A DNA stretch of 64,000 nt from Thermoanaerobaculia bacterium (GCA_030431255.1 JAUIJL010000034.1:5909-69908); one strand, 5' to 3'; shown: positions 38,777 through 49,341, counted from the stretch's first letter. A program made the numbers and translations. Notes: a model not told the origin generated them from the letters alone.

Positions 38777-41020
38777 GTGATACCCTCGCGGCGCCTGTCA
38801 AGCGAGCTCCCAGGCCGAATCGTGGTCTCTGGGCAGAAATTCTTCCGCGGACACCGAATGTTTCGATCCCACCGCTCCGTCCAACACCTGCCTTCCTGCT
38901 GTCTGATGCTGCTCGGCTTAGCCGTGGCATGTGGCTCGCCGTCGAGCGATCCCGCGGGCGAGGTGCCGTCGGAGTCCGCCTCGACGACCCTCGGTGTGAC
39001 CACCGAGGCATCCGACGGTCGAGGCCAGGCGCGGGATGTGGTGCTGATCACCGTCGACACCCTGCGCTTCGACGCGGTCGGTTTTTTCGACGCCGCCGGC
39101 GCCGAAGAGAGCCCGTGGCGGACGCCCACGCCGTCACTCGAAGCGATCGCGGAGGAGGGAAGGGTTTTCACCTTCGCGGTGGCCCACGCTCCCTTGACCC
39201 TGCCGTCTCACGCAAGCATGTTGACGGGCCTCTACCCCTACCAACACGGTGTGCGCGAAAACGCCGGTTTCGTGTTGCCCGAGGAGGCGCGCACCCTGGC
39301 GGAGATCCTGAAAGCCGAGGGATTCGCCACTGCCGCCTTCGTCAGCGCCTTCGTCTTGGACGGTCGTTTCGGGTTGAGCCGGGGTTTCGACGTCTACGGC
39401 GATCGCATCGCCCGCGGCGGCTCCTTCCAAGTCTCCGAGCGCCGCGGTGACGAAACCGTCGCCAAGGCCCTGGAGTGGTGGCAATCCCAAGCGGGACAGC
39501 GGCGATTCCTATGGCTGCACCTTTTCGACCCCCACGCCCCCTACGACGCCGGCTCACCCTGGTCGGAGCAGGCGACGACGCCTTACCAGGCCGAGGTGGC
39601 GGCGGTCGATGCCTACTTGCGTCCCCTCCTAGATCTCTTCGCCGCCGCCGAGCCCCGTCCGTTGGTCGCGTTCACCTCGGATCACGGCGAGGCTTTGGGG
39701 GACCACGGTGAGCTGACCCACGGCATCTTTGCCTACCAATCGACCCTGCAAGTGCCGCTTTTGGTGTGGGGCCCAGGGGTCGAGCCCGGGAGCGACGATC
39801 GCTTGGCTCGCCACATCGATCTCATGCCGACCCTGCTCGAAGGGGTCGGTCTGCCGGTGCCGTCGGATCTCCCCGGACGCTCCTTGTTGGGGCCCGACGG
39901 CGATGTCGGTGAAAGCTATTTCGAAGCCTTGTCGGGAGCCCTGAATCGGGGTTGGGCACCGCTTCGGGGTGTCATCCGCGACGGCAAGAAGTACGTCGAC
40001 TTGCCCTTGGCGGAGCTCTACGACTTAGAGGCGGATCCGCGGGAGACGAGCAATCTGGTCGCGGACCGGCGGCGAGAGGCCCAGGCCCTGCGTCAACACT
40101 TGCCGGACGCGTCCGAATGGCCGCCGGCTCGTTCGGAGCTGTCGTCAGAAGACCTCGCGCGTCTGCAGAGCTTGGGATATTTGACCGGTGATGGCGACGC
40201 CAAAGATCACTTTACCACCGACGACGACCCGAAGCGCTTGATAGATTTGGATCGCGATATCCACCGCTTCAGCGAGCTCTTTGCCGCCGGTGATCCAAAG
40301 TCCCTCGAGGCCGCCGTCCAGCTGGCGAGCTCGATGGTGGAACGGCGACCTACCATGGGAGTCGCCCACACCCAGCTGGCCCAAGCCCTGTTGGAGAGCG
40401 GCCTCCGCGACGAGGCCTTGGCGGCCATGGAGCGAGCCCGGGCGATGGATGTCGCCGGCGTGTCGTTGCTACGCCAGCTGGGGTTGTCGTTGGTCGAGGC
40501 TGGGCGGACGCTGGAGGCGCTGGAGGTCCTGCGACCCTTGGCGGACTCCGAAGACCCGGAGTCCATGGGTGCCCTGGCCATGGCTTTGTCGGAGCTGGGG
40601 CGGCTCGAGGAGGCGTCCCGATGGATGGCGTCGGCCCTGGAGCTGGCGCCCGAGGACGGCAGCTTGCAAGAGAACGCCGCGGTTTTGGCCTTGCGCCGTC
40701 AGGATGCCGCCGCCGCCATGGTCCACGGGCGCAAAGCGACGGAGCTGCGGCCGAGCTCGGCGCCGGCGTGGAACCACCTGGGGGTCGCGCTCTTCATGCA
40801 GGCCCGCCCCCTGGAGGCCCTGGAAGTGTGGCAACGGTCCGTCAGCCTCGACCCGAATCAATTCGACACCCTTTTCAATTTGGGGGTGCAAGCCGCGGAG
40901 CTGGGTCGACCCGATTTGGCGCGGCGCGCGTTGAAAGACTTCGAGGCTCGGGCGCCCCGCGACCGCTACGCCGACGACTTGCCCAAGGTGCGGGCGCTGT
41001 TGGAGCGTTTGGGGCGCTGA
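38777..41020 (+). CDS. Sulfatase-like hydrolase/transferase lipoprotein with C-terminal TPRs; start may be 38858 or later
   Basis: Lipobox AVAC; ITVDTLR, TLPSHASMLTG, DPHAPY, SDHGE, LQSLGY, then TPR repeats. Confidence 0.85.
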   Translation: MIPSRRLSSELPGRIVVSGQKFFRGHRMFRSHRSVQHLPSCCLMLLGLAVACGSPSSDPAGEVPSESASTTLGVTTEASDGRGQARDVVLITVDTLRFDAVGFFDAAGAEESPWRTPTPSLEAIAEEGRVFTFAVAHAPLTLPSHASMLTGLYPYQHGVRENAGFVLPEEARTLAEILKAEGFATAAFVSAFVLDGRFGLSRGFDVYGDRIARGGSFQVSERRGDETVAKALEWWQSQAGQRRFLWLHLFDPHAPYDAGSPWSEQATTPYQAEVAAVDAYLRPLLDLFAAAEPRPLVAFTSDHGEALGDHGELTHGIFAYQSTLQVPLLVWGPGVEPGSDDRLARHIDLMPTLLEGVGLPVPSDLPGRSLLGPDGDVGESYFEALSGALNRGWAPLRGVIRDGKKYVDLPLAELYDLEADPRETSNLVADRRREAQALRQHLPDASEWPPARSELSSEDLARLQSLGYLTGDGDAKDHFTTDDDPKRLIDLDRDIHRFSELFAAGDPKSLEAAVQLASSMVERRPTMGVAHTQLAQALLESGLRDEALAAMERARAMDVAGVSLLRQLGLSLVEAGRTLEALEVLRPLADSEDPESMGALAMALSELGRLEEASRWMASALELAPEDGSLQENAAVLALRRQDAAAAMVHGRKATELRPSSAPAWNHLGVALFMQARPLEALEVWQRSVSLDPNQFDTLFNLGVQAAELGRPDLARRALKDFEARAPRDRYADDLPKVRALLERLGR

Positions 41021-41053
41021 TGAAAACGTGGGCTCAATCGCCGAAAAAGGTCG

Positions 41054-41082
41054 TTGACAGGCCCAGAGCCCTTTGCTACATT
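41054..41082 (+). promoter_or_regulatory. Sigma70 promoter of the tRNA-Val pair
   Basis: TTGACA-N17-TACATT with extended TGn and a GC-rich discriminator region. Confidence 0.8.
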
Positions 41083-41133
41083 TTGCCACCCTCGGCGGCA
41101 CGGCCCCGAAGGTTGGTTCTTTGCAGATCTTTT

Positions 41134-41210
41134 AGACCCGTAGCTCAGTTGGTTAGAGCGCTACGTTGACATCGTAGAGGTCAGCGGTTCAAGTCCGCTC
41201 GGGTCTACCA
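41134..41210 (+). tRNA. tRNA-Val (GAC)
   Basis: Acceptor stem AGACCCG/CGGGTCT, anticodon arm CTACG-TTGACAT-CGTAG, GGTTCAA T-loop, encoded CCA. Confidence 0.97.
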
Positions 41211-41256
41211 AGCTTGCACCCCCAGAACCGAAGAGGCCGGGGGAAAGCTCGGCTCT

Positions 41257-41333
41257 AGGCGCTTAGCTCAGCTGGTTAGAGCGCTGCCTTCACACGGCAG
41301 AGGTCAGCGGTTCAAGTCCGCTAGCGCCTACCA
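41257..41333 (+). tRNA. tRNA-Val (CAC)
   Basis: Acceptor stem AGGCGCT/AGCGCCT, anticodon arm CTGCC-TTCACAC-GGCAG, encoded CCA. Confidence 0.97.
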
Positions 41334-41444
41334 AAATCCTCTTCTCCCCTCAACAGCTCGAATCGCGATGGACCCTCATCAAGCCTGGGCCCGGCTCAAG
41401 GCTAAACAACGCGTTTCCGAGCCAACCCAAAGACGGTCGACACC

Positions 41445-43382
41445 ATGAGCAGTCCATCCCACGCGATCGAGCTGACCCTACCCGACGGATCCGTACGCAG
41501 CGTCGAGTCAGGGACTACCGCTCTCGACGTGGCGCGGTCCATCGGACCCGGGCTCGCCAAAGCCACCGTCGGCGCCCAATTCAACGGCGCCAATGTCGAT
41601 ATCCGTACGCCCCTGACGGAAAGCGGCAAATTTCGCCTCTTCACCACCCGCGATCCCGAAGCCGGCGATTTCATTCGCCACACGGCAGAGCATGTGTTGG
41701 CGGACGCCGTGCAGCGGCTCTGGCCGGGCACGGAGATCGACGCCGGGCGTCAAGATCACTCCGAAAAGTACCAATACGATTTTCGATTCCCGCGGGCGTT
41801 CTCGGCCGAGGATCTGGACAAGATCACGGCGGAGATGAAGAAGATCGCCAAGGAGAATCACGAGGTCCGGCGACGGGAGGTGACCCGCGCCGAAGCCGAG
41901 GAAATCTTCCGAGAGCGCGGCGCGGAGCTCAAGCTCGACCGGCTCAAAGACATTCCCGAAGGCGAGACCATCACCCTCTTCGAGCACGGTGAGTTTCTCG
42001 ACCTCTGCCGGGGTCCCCACGCCCAAAACACCAAGCAAGTGGGCGCCCTCAAGCTGATCGAAACGTCCGGCGTTTACTATCGCGGCGACGAATCCAACGA
42101 GCAGCTGCAGCGGATCTACGGCACGGCCTTCGCCTCGAAACAAGATCTGAAGGAGTACGAGGAGCGTCTGGAGCTGGCCAAGGCCCGTGACCATCGCCGT
42201 TTGGGCCAGGAGCTGGACCTCTTCAGCCTGCACCCCACCGCTCCGGCGTCCCCCTTCTTCCACCCCAAGGGCACCACCGTCTACAACGAGCTGGTGGACT
42301 TCGTCCGCGGCCTGTACGTGGAATACGGCTACAACGAGGTGGTGACCCCGCAGATCCTAGATGTCGACCTCTGGCATACCTCCGGGCACTACGCCAACTA
42401 CCGGGAGAATATGTACTTCACCGAGGTCGATGGTCGACAGTTCGCGGTCAAACCGATGAACTGCCCCACCCACTGCTTGATCTTCGGCACGCGCTTGCGG
42501 TCCTACCGCGATCTGCCGATCCGCTACGCCGACTTCGGTCGCCTGCACCGCTACGAGCGCTCCGGTGTGGTGTCCGGGCTGACCCGGGTTCGCACCTTCT
42601 GCCAAGACGACGCCCACATCTTCTGCACCCACGAGCAGGTGGAAGAAGAGGTGCTGGCGGTGGTCGACATGATCCGCACGGTCTACGAGACGTTCGGTTT
42701 CGACGACGTGGTGATCGAGGTGTCGACCCGGCCGGAGAAACGGCTGGGCAGCGACGAGCTTTGGGATCGAGCGGAAGGGGCGCTGATGAAGGCTCTGGAG
42801 CGGCGCGACATCGCCTATGAGGTCAACGAGGGCGATGGCGCGTTCTACGGCCCGAAAATCGACTTCCAAGTGCACGACGTGCTGGGTCGATCCTGGCAGC
42901 TGGGCACCGTGCAGCTCGACTATCAGCTGCCGGAGCGCTTCGAGCTCAAATACATCGGTACCGACTCGGAGGATCACCGGCCGGTGATGATCCACCGCGC
43001 CATGTTGGGCTCGTTGGAGCGTTTCTTCGGCATCCTCATCGAGCATACCGGTGGTGCTTTCCCGGCCTGGCTGGCTCCCGTGCAAGCGGTGATCTTGCCG
43101 GTGTCCGAAAAATTCCTCGACTACGGACGCAAGGTCGAGGCAGAATTGCGCGGCGCCGGCTTGCGAGTAGAGCTCGATGATCGCGGAGAGAAGCTGGGAT
43201 ATAAGATCCGTGAGGCCCAGCTGCAAAAAGTTCCCTATATGTTGATCATCGGCGCGCGCGAGGTGGAGTCCGAGACCGTCAACATCCGATTGCGAACGGG
43301 CGAGGAGCCCGGCGCCGTCAGTGTGGCGGAGGCCTGCGAGCGAATCACCGCCAAGGTGTCCGAGCGCAGCCTGGAGCTCTGA
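41445..43382 (+). CDS. thrS: Threonine-tRNA ligase
   Basis: TGS domain, DLCRGPH, RDHRRLG, KPMNCP, GAFYGPKID and HRAMLGSLERF. Confidence 0.98.
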   Translation: MSSPSHAIELTLPDGSVRSVESGTTALDVARSIGPGLAKATVGAQFNGANVDIRTPLTESGKFRLFTTRDPEAGDFIRHTAEHVLADAVQRLWPGTEIDAGRQDHSEKYQYDFRFPRAFSAEDLDKITAEMKKIAKENHEVRRREVTRAEAEEIFRERGAELKLDRLKDIPEGETITLFEHGEFLDLCRGPHAQNTKQVGALKLIETSGVYYRGDESNEQLQRIYGTAFASKQDLKEYEERLELAKARDHRRLGQELDLFSLHPTAPASPFFHPKGTTVYNELVDFVRGLYVEYGYNEVVTPQILDVDLWHTSGHYANYRENMYFTEVDGRQFAVKPMNCPTHCLIFGTRLRSYRDLPIRYADFGRLHRYERSGVVSGLTRVRTFCQDDAHIFCTHEQVEEEVLAVVDMIRTVYETFGFDDVVIEVSTRPEKRLGSDELWDRAEGALMKALERRDIAYEVNEGDGAFYGPKIDFQVHDVLGRSWQLGTVQLDYQLPERFELKYIGTDSEDHRPVMIHRAMLGSLERFFGILIEHTGGAFPAWLAPVQAVILPVSEKFLDYGRKVEAELRGAGLRVELDDRGEKLGYKIREAQLQKVPYMLIIGAREVESETVNIRLRTGEEPGAVSVAEACERITAKVSERSLEL

Positions 43383-43465
43383 GCCGGACCCAGAGCCATC
43401 AGCATCTGAGAGTTTAAGAGCCCGCGGAGCCCTGAGGGATTCCGCTCAACCAAGGAGACCGACAC

Positions 43466-43660
43466 ATGCCTAAGCAAAAAAGCCATCGCGGGGCTGCGAA
43501 GCGATTCAAAGTCAGCGCATCGGGCAAAGTTTTGCGGCGGCGGTCGGAGACCAGCCACATCTTGACCAAGAAGACCACCAAGCGGAAGCGCAAGCTGCGT
43601 AAGGCGGCGCTCGTCGCTCCGGGCTTCGAGAAGACGGTCAAGAAAATGCTGCTCCACTGA
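43466..43660 (+). CDS. rpmI: 50S ribosomal protein L35
   Basis: [15 protein letters not shown]...[15 protein letters not shown]; AAGGAG RBS. Confidence 0.97.
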   Translation: MPKQKSHRGAAKRFKVSASGKVLRRRSETSHILTKKTTKRKRKLRKAALVAPGFEKTVKKMLLH

Positions 43661-43849
43661 CGCCGGCGACACCGGTCCCAGACCGGAGGTCGCAGTGGTT
43701 GCGCCGAGTTGGCGTGATCATGTTTCGAAGGTTCTCAATTAAATAATGGCTGCTGCTGGGTCCAACCTGTCCAGTGGGGCCGCATCCGGATCAAGCCGCG
43801 AGGTGCCGGATGTCAACAGCTCCCTCGGGAGCCCCAACGAGGTTCTGAA

Positions 43850-44206
43850 ATGCCTAGAGTCAAACGCGGAAATAACCGCACCAATCGCCGCCGCAGGGTG
43901 CTCAAGCTCGCCAAGGGCTTCTACGGTGCCAAGTCCAAGGCGTATCGCGTAGCCAAGGAAGCGGTGGATCGGGCCTTAGCCTATTCCTACCGTGATCGCC
44001 GCCAGAAGAAACGCCAATTCCGTCGCCTGTGGATCACCCGGATCAACGCCGGCGCGCGCCAGCACGGTCTGAGCTACAGCCGTTTTATCGACGGTCTGAA
44101 GAAAGCCGGCTCCACCATCGATCGGAAAGTTTTGGCCGATTTGGCGGTCCACGAGCCCAAGGCCTTTGCCCGTTTGGCGGAGGTGGCCAAGGAAAACCTC
44201 GGTTAA
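43850..44206 (+). CDS. rplT: 50S ribosomal protein L20
   Basis: MPRVKRG...[24 protein letters not shown]...SYSRF. Confidence 0.98.
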   Translation: MPRVKRGNNRTNRRRRVLKLAKGFYGAKSKAYRVAKEAVDRALAYSYRDRRQKKRQFRRLWITRINAGARQHGLSYSRFIDGLKKAGSTIDRKVLADLAVHEPKAFARLAEVAKENLG

Positions 44207-44263
44207 ACACAACCGGAGCATTCCTGACGATGGCCGGCGCCCAGCGGTGCCGGCCACCGTGCT

Positions 44264-44300
44264 AAGAACCACCCGTCACCACGGCGGGTGGTTCTTTCGT
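44264..44300 (+). terminator. Intrinsic terminator after rplT
   Basis: AAGAACCACCCG...CGGGTGGTTCTT stem followed by T residues; preceded by a second GC-rich hairpin (~44231-44256). Confidence 0.7.
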
Positions 44301-44355
44301 TCGGCAAATCGCCGAACTCTGACGTTCGCAGGAAACCATCTCTGAGGAAGCATCC

Positions 44356-44619
44356 ATGAGCAAAGCCTGGTTACAGGATCTCGAAGAAAAAGTACAAGAA
44401 GCGGCGACCCGCCTAAAAGAGCAAAAGGCCCTGAACCAGGAGCTCGAAGAGCAGAATTCGCAGCTACAAGAGCGGATCGAAGAGCTCGAAGCCCAAGCCG
44501 CGGACGCGGGTGACGCCGGCCAGAGCTCCGAGTGGCAGGAAGAGCGACAGGAGATCCGTGAGCGGGTCGAGAAATTGGTCGACCATTTGTCGGATTTGCT
44601 CTCCGAAGAGGATTCCTGA
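44356..44619 (+). CDS. Short coiled-coil protein, ZapB-like
   Basis: LEEKVQEA...heptad repeat...ERQEIRERVEKLV; located upstream of zapA. Confidence 0.65.
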   Translation: MSKAWLQDLEEKVQEAATRLKEQKALNQELEEQNSQLQERIEELEAQAADAGDAGQSSEWQEERQEIRERVEKLVDHLSDLLSEEDS

Positions 44620-44836
44620 CCTTTCGGGGGCGAGGCGCGGGGCATCGAAATCCTTTTGCCGTATGCTATATTCCTCGGGTGTCTAACTCTCTGATAGGGC
44701 AGACTTTGCCAGATGCCTCACCGGAGACTCCCGAAAATGCGGTCTCGGGCGCTCGTGTAGGTCTCGGAATCTAGTGGAACGTCCAGAGAATTCAATCATT
44801 CCGAGCCTCGATAGGCCTGAGATGCGAGATAAGAGC

Positions 44837-45133
44837 ATGGAACCCAGAAGCACCACATCGGTCGACGTGGAGATCTTTGGTTCCGTGTACCATGTGCGAG
44901 GAGAGCAGGACCGGGAGTATCTGCTGAAGCTCGCCGATATCGTGAATACGAAGATGCGCGAGATTGGTGACCACATGCCGGTGGTCGATACGGGAAAGAT
45001 CGCGATTTTGGCGGCGCTGAATCTGGCGGATGAGCTGCTCCAATGTAACCAGCAGCAGGAAGGGGAACGGGTAGAGATCATGGAGAAGGTGAACGAGCTG
45101 ACCGGAGAGCTTTCCGCAGCGCTCGAAACCTGA
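44837..45133 (+). CDS. zapA: Cell division protein ZapA
   Basis: VEIFGSVYHVRG...VNTKMREI...IAILAALNLADEL. An extended -10 (TGcTATATT) lies at 44664-44672. Confidence 0.92.
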   Translation: MEPRSTTSVDVEIFGSVYHVRGEQDREYLLKLADIVNTKMREIGDHMPVVDTGKIAILAALNLADELLQCNQQQEGERVEIMEKVNELTGELSAALET

Positions 45134-45203
45134 GCCCGATCCGCGAAGCGCTCGCACAAGAAAAGGGTCCCGTTTTTTAGGACCCGGACGAATTGAAAAT
45201 CTG

Positions 45204-45390
45204 ATTTTCCCGCGTGGTTCGGGTGGCTCGCCAAGTACCTAGAACCAACATTTTGCTATCGGGAGTCTTAATGCGCGTAATCTGTGCCAGCCTCGCTCGA
45301 ACGAGGACGCTGAGGATTCGCGACGCGGACACCCACCTGGTTGGAACCCGGTTCTAACCACTTCGCGCGACCTCCCTCCACGCGGGGATT
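45204..45390 (+). ncRNA. ssrS: 6S RNA
   Basis: About 185 nt between zapA and rny (the conserved position); closing stem CCCGCGTGG/CCACGCGGG, inner stem TAGAACC/GGTTCTA, CCCACC motif near the central bubble. Confidence 0.85.
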
Positions 45391-45445
45391 CAGCTTCGAG
45401 CTCTCCACCCATTCCCACCCCTGTTATCGATCTGGGGGTGGCCCA

Positions 45446-47008
45446 GTGAATGAAATGATGATTCTGGCGGTGGTTCTATTAGCGGCCGTCGTTGGATTGC
45501 AGCTTTATTACCTCGTGGTCCGTCGCTCGGCCCAGCAGGTGGTTCAGGATGCCGAAAGAAAGGCGTCGGAAATCACCCAGACCGCGCGGGAAGAGCGAGA
45601 GACCCGAATCCGCGAAGCGGATCTTCAAGCCAAGGAAAAGCTGCTTCAGGCGCGCAACGAATTCGAGAAGGTTTCGCGACAGCGCCGCTCGGAGCTCGAA
45701 ACCCTAGAGCGACGTCTGCAGCAAAAAGAGGATCGTCTCGACAAGCTGCAGTCGGAGCTGGCATCCCGCGACAAAGACGTCGGTGAGCTGGAGCGATCCC
45801 TGGGGCGTCAAGAGAAACATCTCGACCAACGCCAAGAAGAGCTCGATCGGCTGATCAAGGAAGAGCAGCATCATCTGGAGCAAATCGCCGGCCTGACCGC
45901 CCAACAGGCCAAAGACGAGCTGATCCGAGTGATGGAAAAAGAGGCGATGAACGACGCCGCTCACCTGGTCAAGCGTATTGAGGACGAAGCGCGGGAATCC
46001 GCCAACCGCAACTCCCAACGGATCTTGGCCAACGCCATCCAACGCAACGCCTCGGACTTCGTCTCGGAAACCACGGTTTCGGTGGTGCTGCTGCCCAACG
46101 ACGAAATGAAAGGGCGCATCATCGGCCGTGAGGGGCGCAATATCCGCGCCTTGGAAATGGCCACCGGCGTGGATCTAATTGTCGACGATACCCCCGAGGC
46201 GGTGATCCTCTCGGGATTCGACCCCTTCCGTCGCGAGATCGCTCGCGTGGCCCTGGAGCGGTTGATTTCCGATGGTCGAATCCACCCGGCTCGTATCGAA
46301 GAGGTGGTGGAGAAGACCAAAACCGAATTCGACCAACGGGTGCAACAAGAGGGCGAGTCCGCCCTGCTCGAGCTGAATATTCCGGACTTGCACCCCGAGC
46401 TGATCAAGTTGTTGGGCCGTCTGCGTTACCGCACCTCCTACGGCCAGAACGTGCTCAAACACTCGAAAGAGGTGGCCTATTTAGCGGCCACCATGGCCTC
46501 CGAGCTCAAGGCCGACGTGCACGTCGCCAAACGGGCCGGTCTGCTGCACGACATCGGCAAAGCAGTGGATCGGGAGATGGAAGGCTCCCACCTGGAGCTC
46601 GGCATCGATCTGCTGCGCAAATACGGCGAAACCGAAGAGGTCGTGCACGCCATGGCCTGCCACCACGGCGACTACGATCCGGAGACCGTGGAAGCGGTGT
46701 TGGTCACGGCGTCGGATGCCTTGTCGGCGGCTCGACCGGGTGCCCGTCGAGAGGTGTTGGAGAGCTACATCAAACGCTTGGAGAAGCTCGAGGACATCGC
46801 CCACAGCTTCAAAGGTGTGCAGAAGAGCTTCGCCATCCAGGCCGGCCGTGAGGTGCGGGTGATCGTGGATTCCTCCAAGATCACCGACGAGGACGCCATC
46901 TGGCTGTCGAAAAACATCGCCAAAAAGGTGGAGAACGAGCTCACCTACCCCGGTGAGATCAAGGTGACGGTGATCCGCGAGACCCGTTCGGTGGAATTGG
47001 CGCGCTGA
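45446..47008 (+). CDS. rny: Ribonuclease Y
   Basis: N-terminal TM, coiled coil, KH domain [15 protein letters not shown] domain [14 protein letters not shown]. Start placed at GTG 45446. Confidence 0.97.
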   Translation: MNEMMILAVVLLAAVVGLQLYYLVVRRSAQQVVQDAERKASEITQTAREERETRIREADLQAKEKLLQARNEFEKVSRQRRSELETLERRLQQKEDRLDKLQSELASRDKDVGELERSLGRQEKHLDQRQEELDRLIKEEQHHLEQIAGLTAQQAKDELIRVMEKEAMNDAAHLVKRIEDEARESANRNSQRILANAIQRNASDFVSETTVSVVLLPNDEMKGRIIGREGRNIRALEMATGVDLIVDDTPEAVILSGFDPFRREIARVALERLISDGRIHPARIEEVVEKTKTEFDQRVQQEGESALLELNIPDLHPELIKLLGRLRYRTSYGQNVLKHSKEVAYLAATMASELKADVHVAKRAGLLHDIGKAVDREMEGSHLELGIDLLRKYGETEEVVHAMACHHGDYDPETVEAVLVTASDALSAARPGARREVLESYIKRLEKLEDIAHSFKGVQKSFAIQAGREVRVIVDSSKITDEDAIWLSKNIAKKVENELTYPGEIKVTVIRETRSVELAR

Positions 47009-47835
47009 TGTCGCGTGACTTCTATCAGGCCCCGGAGCGGGAGGGCACGGCTCGCATTCTCTTCGTGGGTGATGTGGTCGGTCGTCCCGGACGCCGTGTC
47101 TTGCAGCGATTGCTACAAGAGCTGATCGACGAGCGGCTGATCGACTACGTCATCGTCAACGTGGAGAACTCCGCCGGTGGCATCGGTGTGACCCCGGACG
47201 TGATCCGGGAATTCGACGCCTTGCCGATCCACTGCTACTCGTCCGGCAACCACATCTGGGACAAACGTGAAGGCCTGCCGCTGCTCGACAAACACGAGAA
47301 GCTGCTGCGGCCGGCCAATTATCCGGGCACCAACCCCGGCACCGGCCTGCACGTGGGCGAGACCGCCGCCGGTATCAAGGTCGCGACCTTGAACCTGGAG
47401 GGTCAGGTCTTCATGAAGAACTTGCACAGCCCCTTTGAGGTGGCGGAGCGAGTGCTCGAGGAGCTCGATGACGAGGTCAAGATCGTCATCGTCGACTTCC
47501 ACGCCGAGGCGACCAGCGAAAAGCAGGCCATGGGTTTCTTCCTCGACGGCAAAGTCAGCGCGGTCTTCGGCACCCACACCCACGTGCCCACCGCCGACGA
47601 GCGGATCCTGTCGGGCGGCACCGCGTTGATCACCGACGTCGGAATGACCGGCCCCTACGACGGCATCATCGGCTTCCGGGTCAAAGAGGTGCTCCAGCGG
47701 TTCGCCACCCAACGCAACGTATCTCTTCAGGTGGCGAAAAAAGATTTGCGATTGGCCGGCGCGGTGGTGGACGTGGATGTCGCCACCGGCCACGCCGTGG
47801 CCATCGAGCGCTTGCTGATTCCCGTCACCCTCTGA
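47008..47835 (+). CDS. ymdB: YmdB/TIGR00282-family metallophosphoesterase
   Basis: GDVVG, NVENSAGG, GNHIWD, DFHAEATSEK, GTHTHV and DVGMTG. Confidence 0.92.
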   Translation: MSRDFYQAPEREGTARILFVGDVVGRPGRRVLQRLLQELIDERLIDYVIVNVENSAGGIGVTPDVIREFDALPIHCYSSGNHIWDKREGLPLLDKHEKLLRPANYPGTNPGTGLHVGETAAGIKVATLNLEGQVFMKNLHSPFEVAERVLEELDDEVKIVIVDFHAEATSEKQAMGFFLDGKVSAVFGTHTHVPTADERILSGGTALITDVGMTGPYDGIIGFRVKEVLQRFATQRNVSLQVAKKDLRLAGAVVDVDVATGHAVAIERLLIPVTL

Positions 47836-47931
47836 TTCTCAGCCTCGGTTCGTTGTGCGCGGTAGATTTCGCTTGGTTTGACATTCCCGATGGAGCCGGG
47901 AACAATTTCGTCAAATCTAGAGGAGAATTCC

Positions 47932-49341
47932 ATGAGCGATGCGAAAAGCCGCAAGATGCCCCTGCACACCAAGATTCTGATCGGAATGGCCGTGGGCATC
48001 GTGCTCGGATTGCTCGTGGGACCGAATTCCATGATCTTGCCCGAAGAAGGCACCTTCTCCGGTGAGGTCTTCGGTCAACGGCTGATCGATTGGACAGATT
48101 GGATCGGCCAGCTCTTCTTGCGCTTGATCAAGATGGTGGTGGTGCCGTTGGTGTTCTTCTCCCTGGTGGTCGGAGTCGCGTCCCTCGGCGATTTTCGCAA
48201 GCTCGGGCGGATCGGCGGACGCACCTTGGGTTTCTTCCTCGGGACCACGGTTGCGGCGTTGGTGATCGGTTTGACCCTGGCCAACCTCGTCGGACCGGGC
48301 AAATTGGTCGGCGAAGAGGATCGAGCTTTTCTGCTCTCCTCCTACGAGGAGTCTGCCACCGACAAAATCAACAGCGCGGCCGCGGCACCCAGCTTCTCCG
48401 AGCAATTGGTCGGCATGGTGCCCACCAATCCGCTCACCGCCCTCTCCCAGGGCAATATGCTGCAGATCATCACCTTCGCCCTGCTCTTGGGCATCGCCTT
48501 GACTTTCCTGCCCGGGGATCGAGCCCAGCCGGTGGTCGATCTCTTCGATCGCCTGAACGATGCCATGGTGATTTTGGTGCACATGGCCATGGCGCTGGCC
48601 CCTTACGGCGTGGCTGCCCTGCTCTTCAAAGTCGTGGGCACCACCGGATTCTCGGTGCTATTGGCCCTCGGCGCCTACACCTTGGTGGTGGTCGCCGGGC
48701 TCTTGATCCACCTGACGCTGGTCTACGGATCGGTGGTGCAATTCGCCGTCAAGCTGTCTTTCCTGAAATTCCTCGGCGCGTTGCGAGAGCCGTTGTTGGT
48801 GGCCTTTTCGACCTCATCGTCCTCCGCCACCCTGCCGGTGACCAAAGAGGCCTGTGAGCAGAACATTCGCGTCAGCCCGCAAATGACCAGCTTCGTCTTG
48901 CCGATCGGTGCCACGGTCAATATGGACGGCACCGCCCTCTACCAAGGTGTGGCCGCGGTCTTTATCGCCCAGATTTACGGCATGCAGCTCAGCCTCACCG
49001 ATCAATTGCAGGTGGTGCTCTCGGCCACCCTGGCGTCTATCGGCGCCGCCGGGGTGCCCGGCGCGGGCATGATCACCCTGGTGTTGGTATTGACCACCAT
49101 CGGGGTGCCCGCCGAAGGTGTCGCTCTGATCCTCGGGGTCGACCGCCTGCTCGACATGTTCCGCACCTCCGTCAACGTGACCGGCGATTCCACGGCGACC
49201 TGCCTGATGGCGGCCCTCGAAGGTGAGGATCTGAAAATCCTCAGCGATTCCGAGGACATGGCCGATCCCGACCACGGCTTCGAGGGACGCCTCGAAGGCG
49301 GTCCCCATCCCATCTCGACCGAGCCCGGTCTGGGCGACTGA
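47932..49341 (+). CDS. Dicarboxylate/amino acid:cation (DAACS, GltP-like) symporter
   Basis: FSTSSSSATLP, GATVNMDGTALY and DRLLDMFRTSVNVTGD; GAGGAG RBS before ATG 47932. Confidence 0.93.
   Translation: MSDAKSRKMPLHTKILIGMAVGIVLGLLVGPNSMILPEEGTFSGEVFGQRLIDWTDWIGQLFLRLIKMVVVPLVFFSLVVGVASLGDFRKLGRIGGRTLGFFLGTTVAALVIGLTLANLVGPGKLVGEEDRAFLLSSYEESATDKINSAAAAPSFSEQLVGMVPTNPLTALSQGNMLQIITFALLLGIALTFLPGDRAQPVVDLFDRLNDAMVILVHMAMALAPYGVAALLFKVVGTTGFSVLLALGAYTLVVVAGLLIHLTLVYGSVVQFAVKLSFLKFLGALREPLLVAFSTSSSSATLPVTKEACEQNIRVSPQMTSFVLPIGATVNMDGTALYQGVAAVFIAQIYGMQLSLTDQLQVVLSATLASIGAAGVPGAGMITLVLVLTTIGVPAEGVALILGVDRLLDMFRTSVNVTGDSTATCLMAALEGEDLKILSDSEDMADPDHGFEGRLEGGPHPISTEPGLGD

Noticed and set aside
41134-41444. 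Island integrated at tRNA-Val
   Set aside because: No integrase, and I saw no duplicated tRNA 3' end elsewhere; thrS follows directly.
43383-43465. infC missed because of its ATT start codon
   Set aside because: The gap is only 83 bp, far too small.
43746-43952. 68-aa ORF between rpmI and rplT
   Set aside because: It overlaps rplT out of frame and has no RBS or recognisable composition.
45341-45445. N-terminal extension of rny
   Set aside because: It overlaps the 6S RNA; the TM anchor starts just after GTG 45446.
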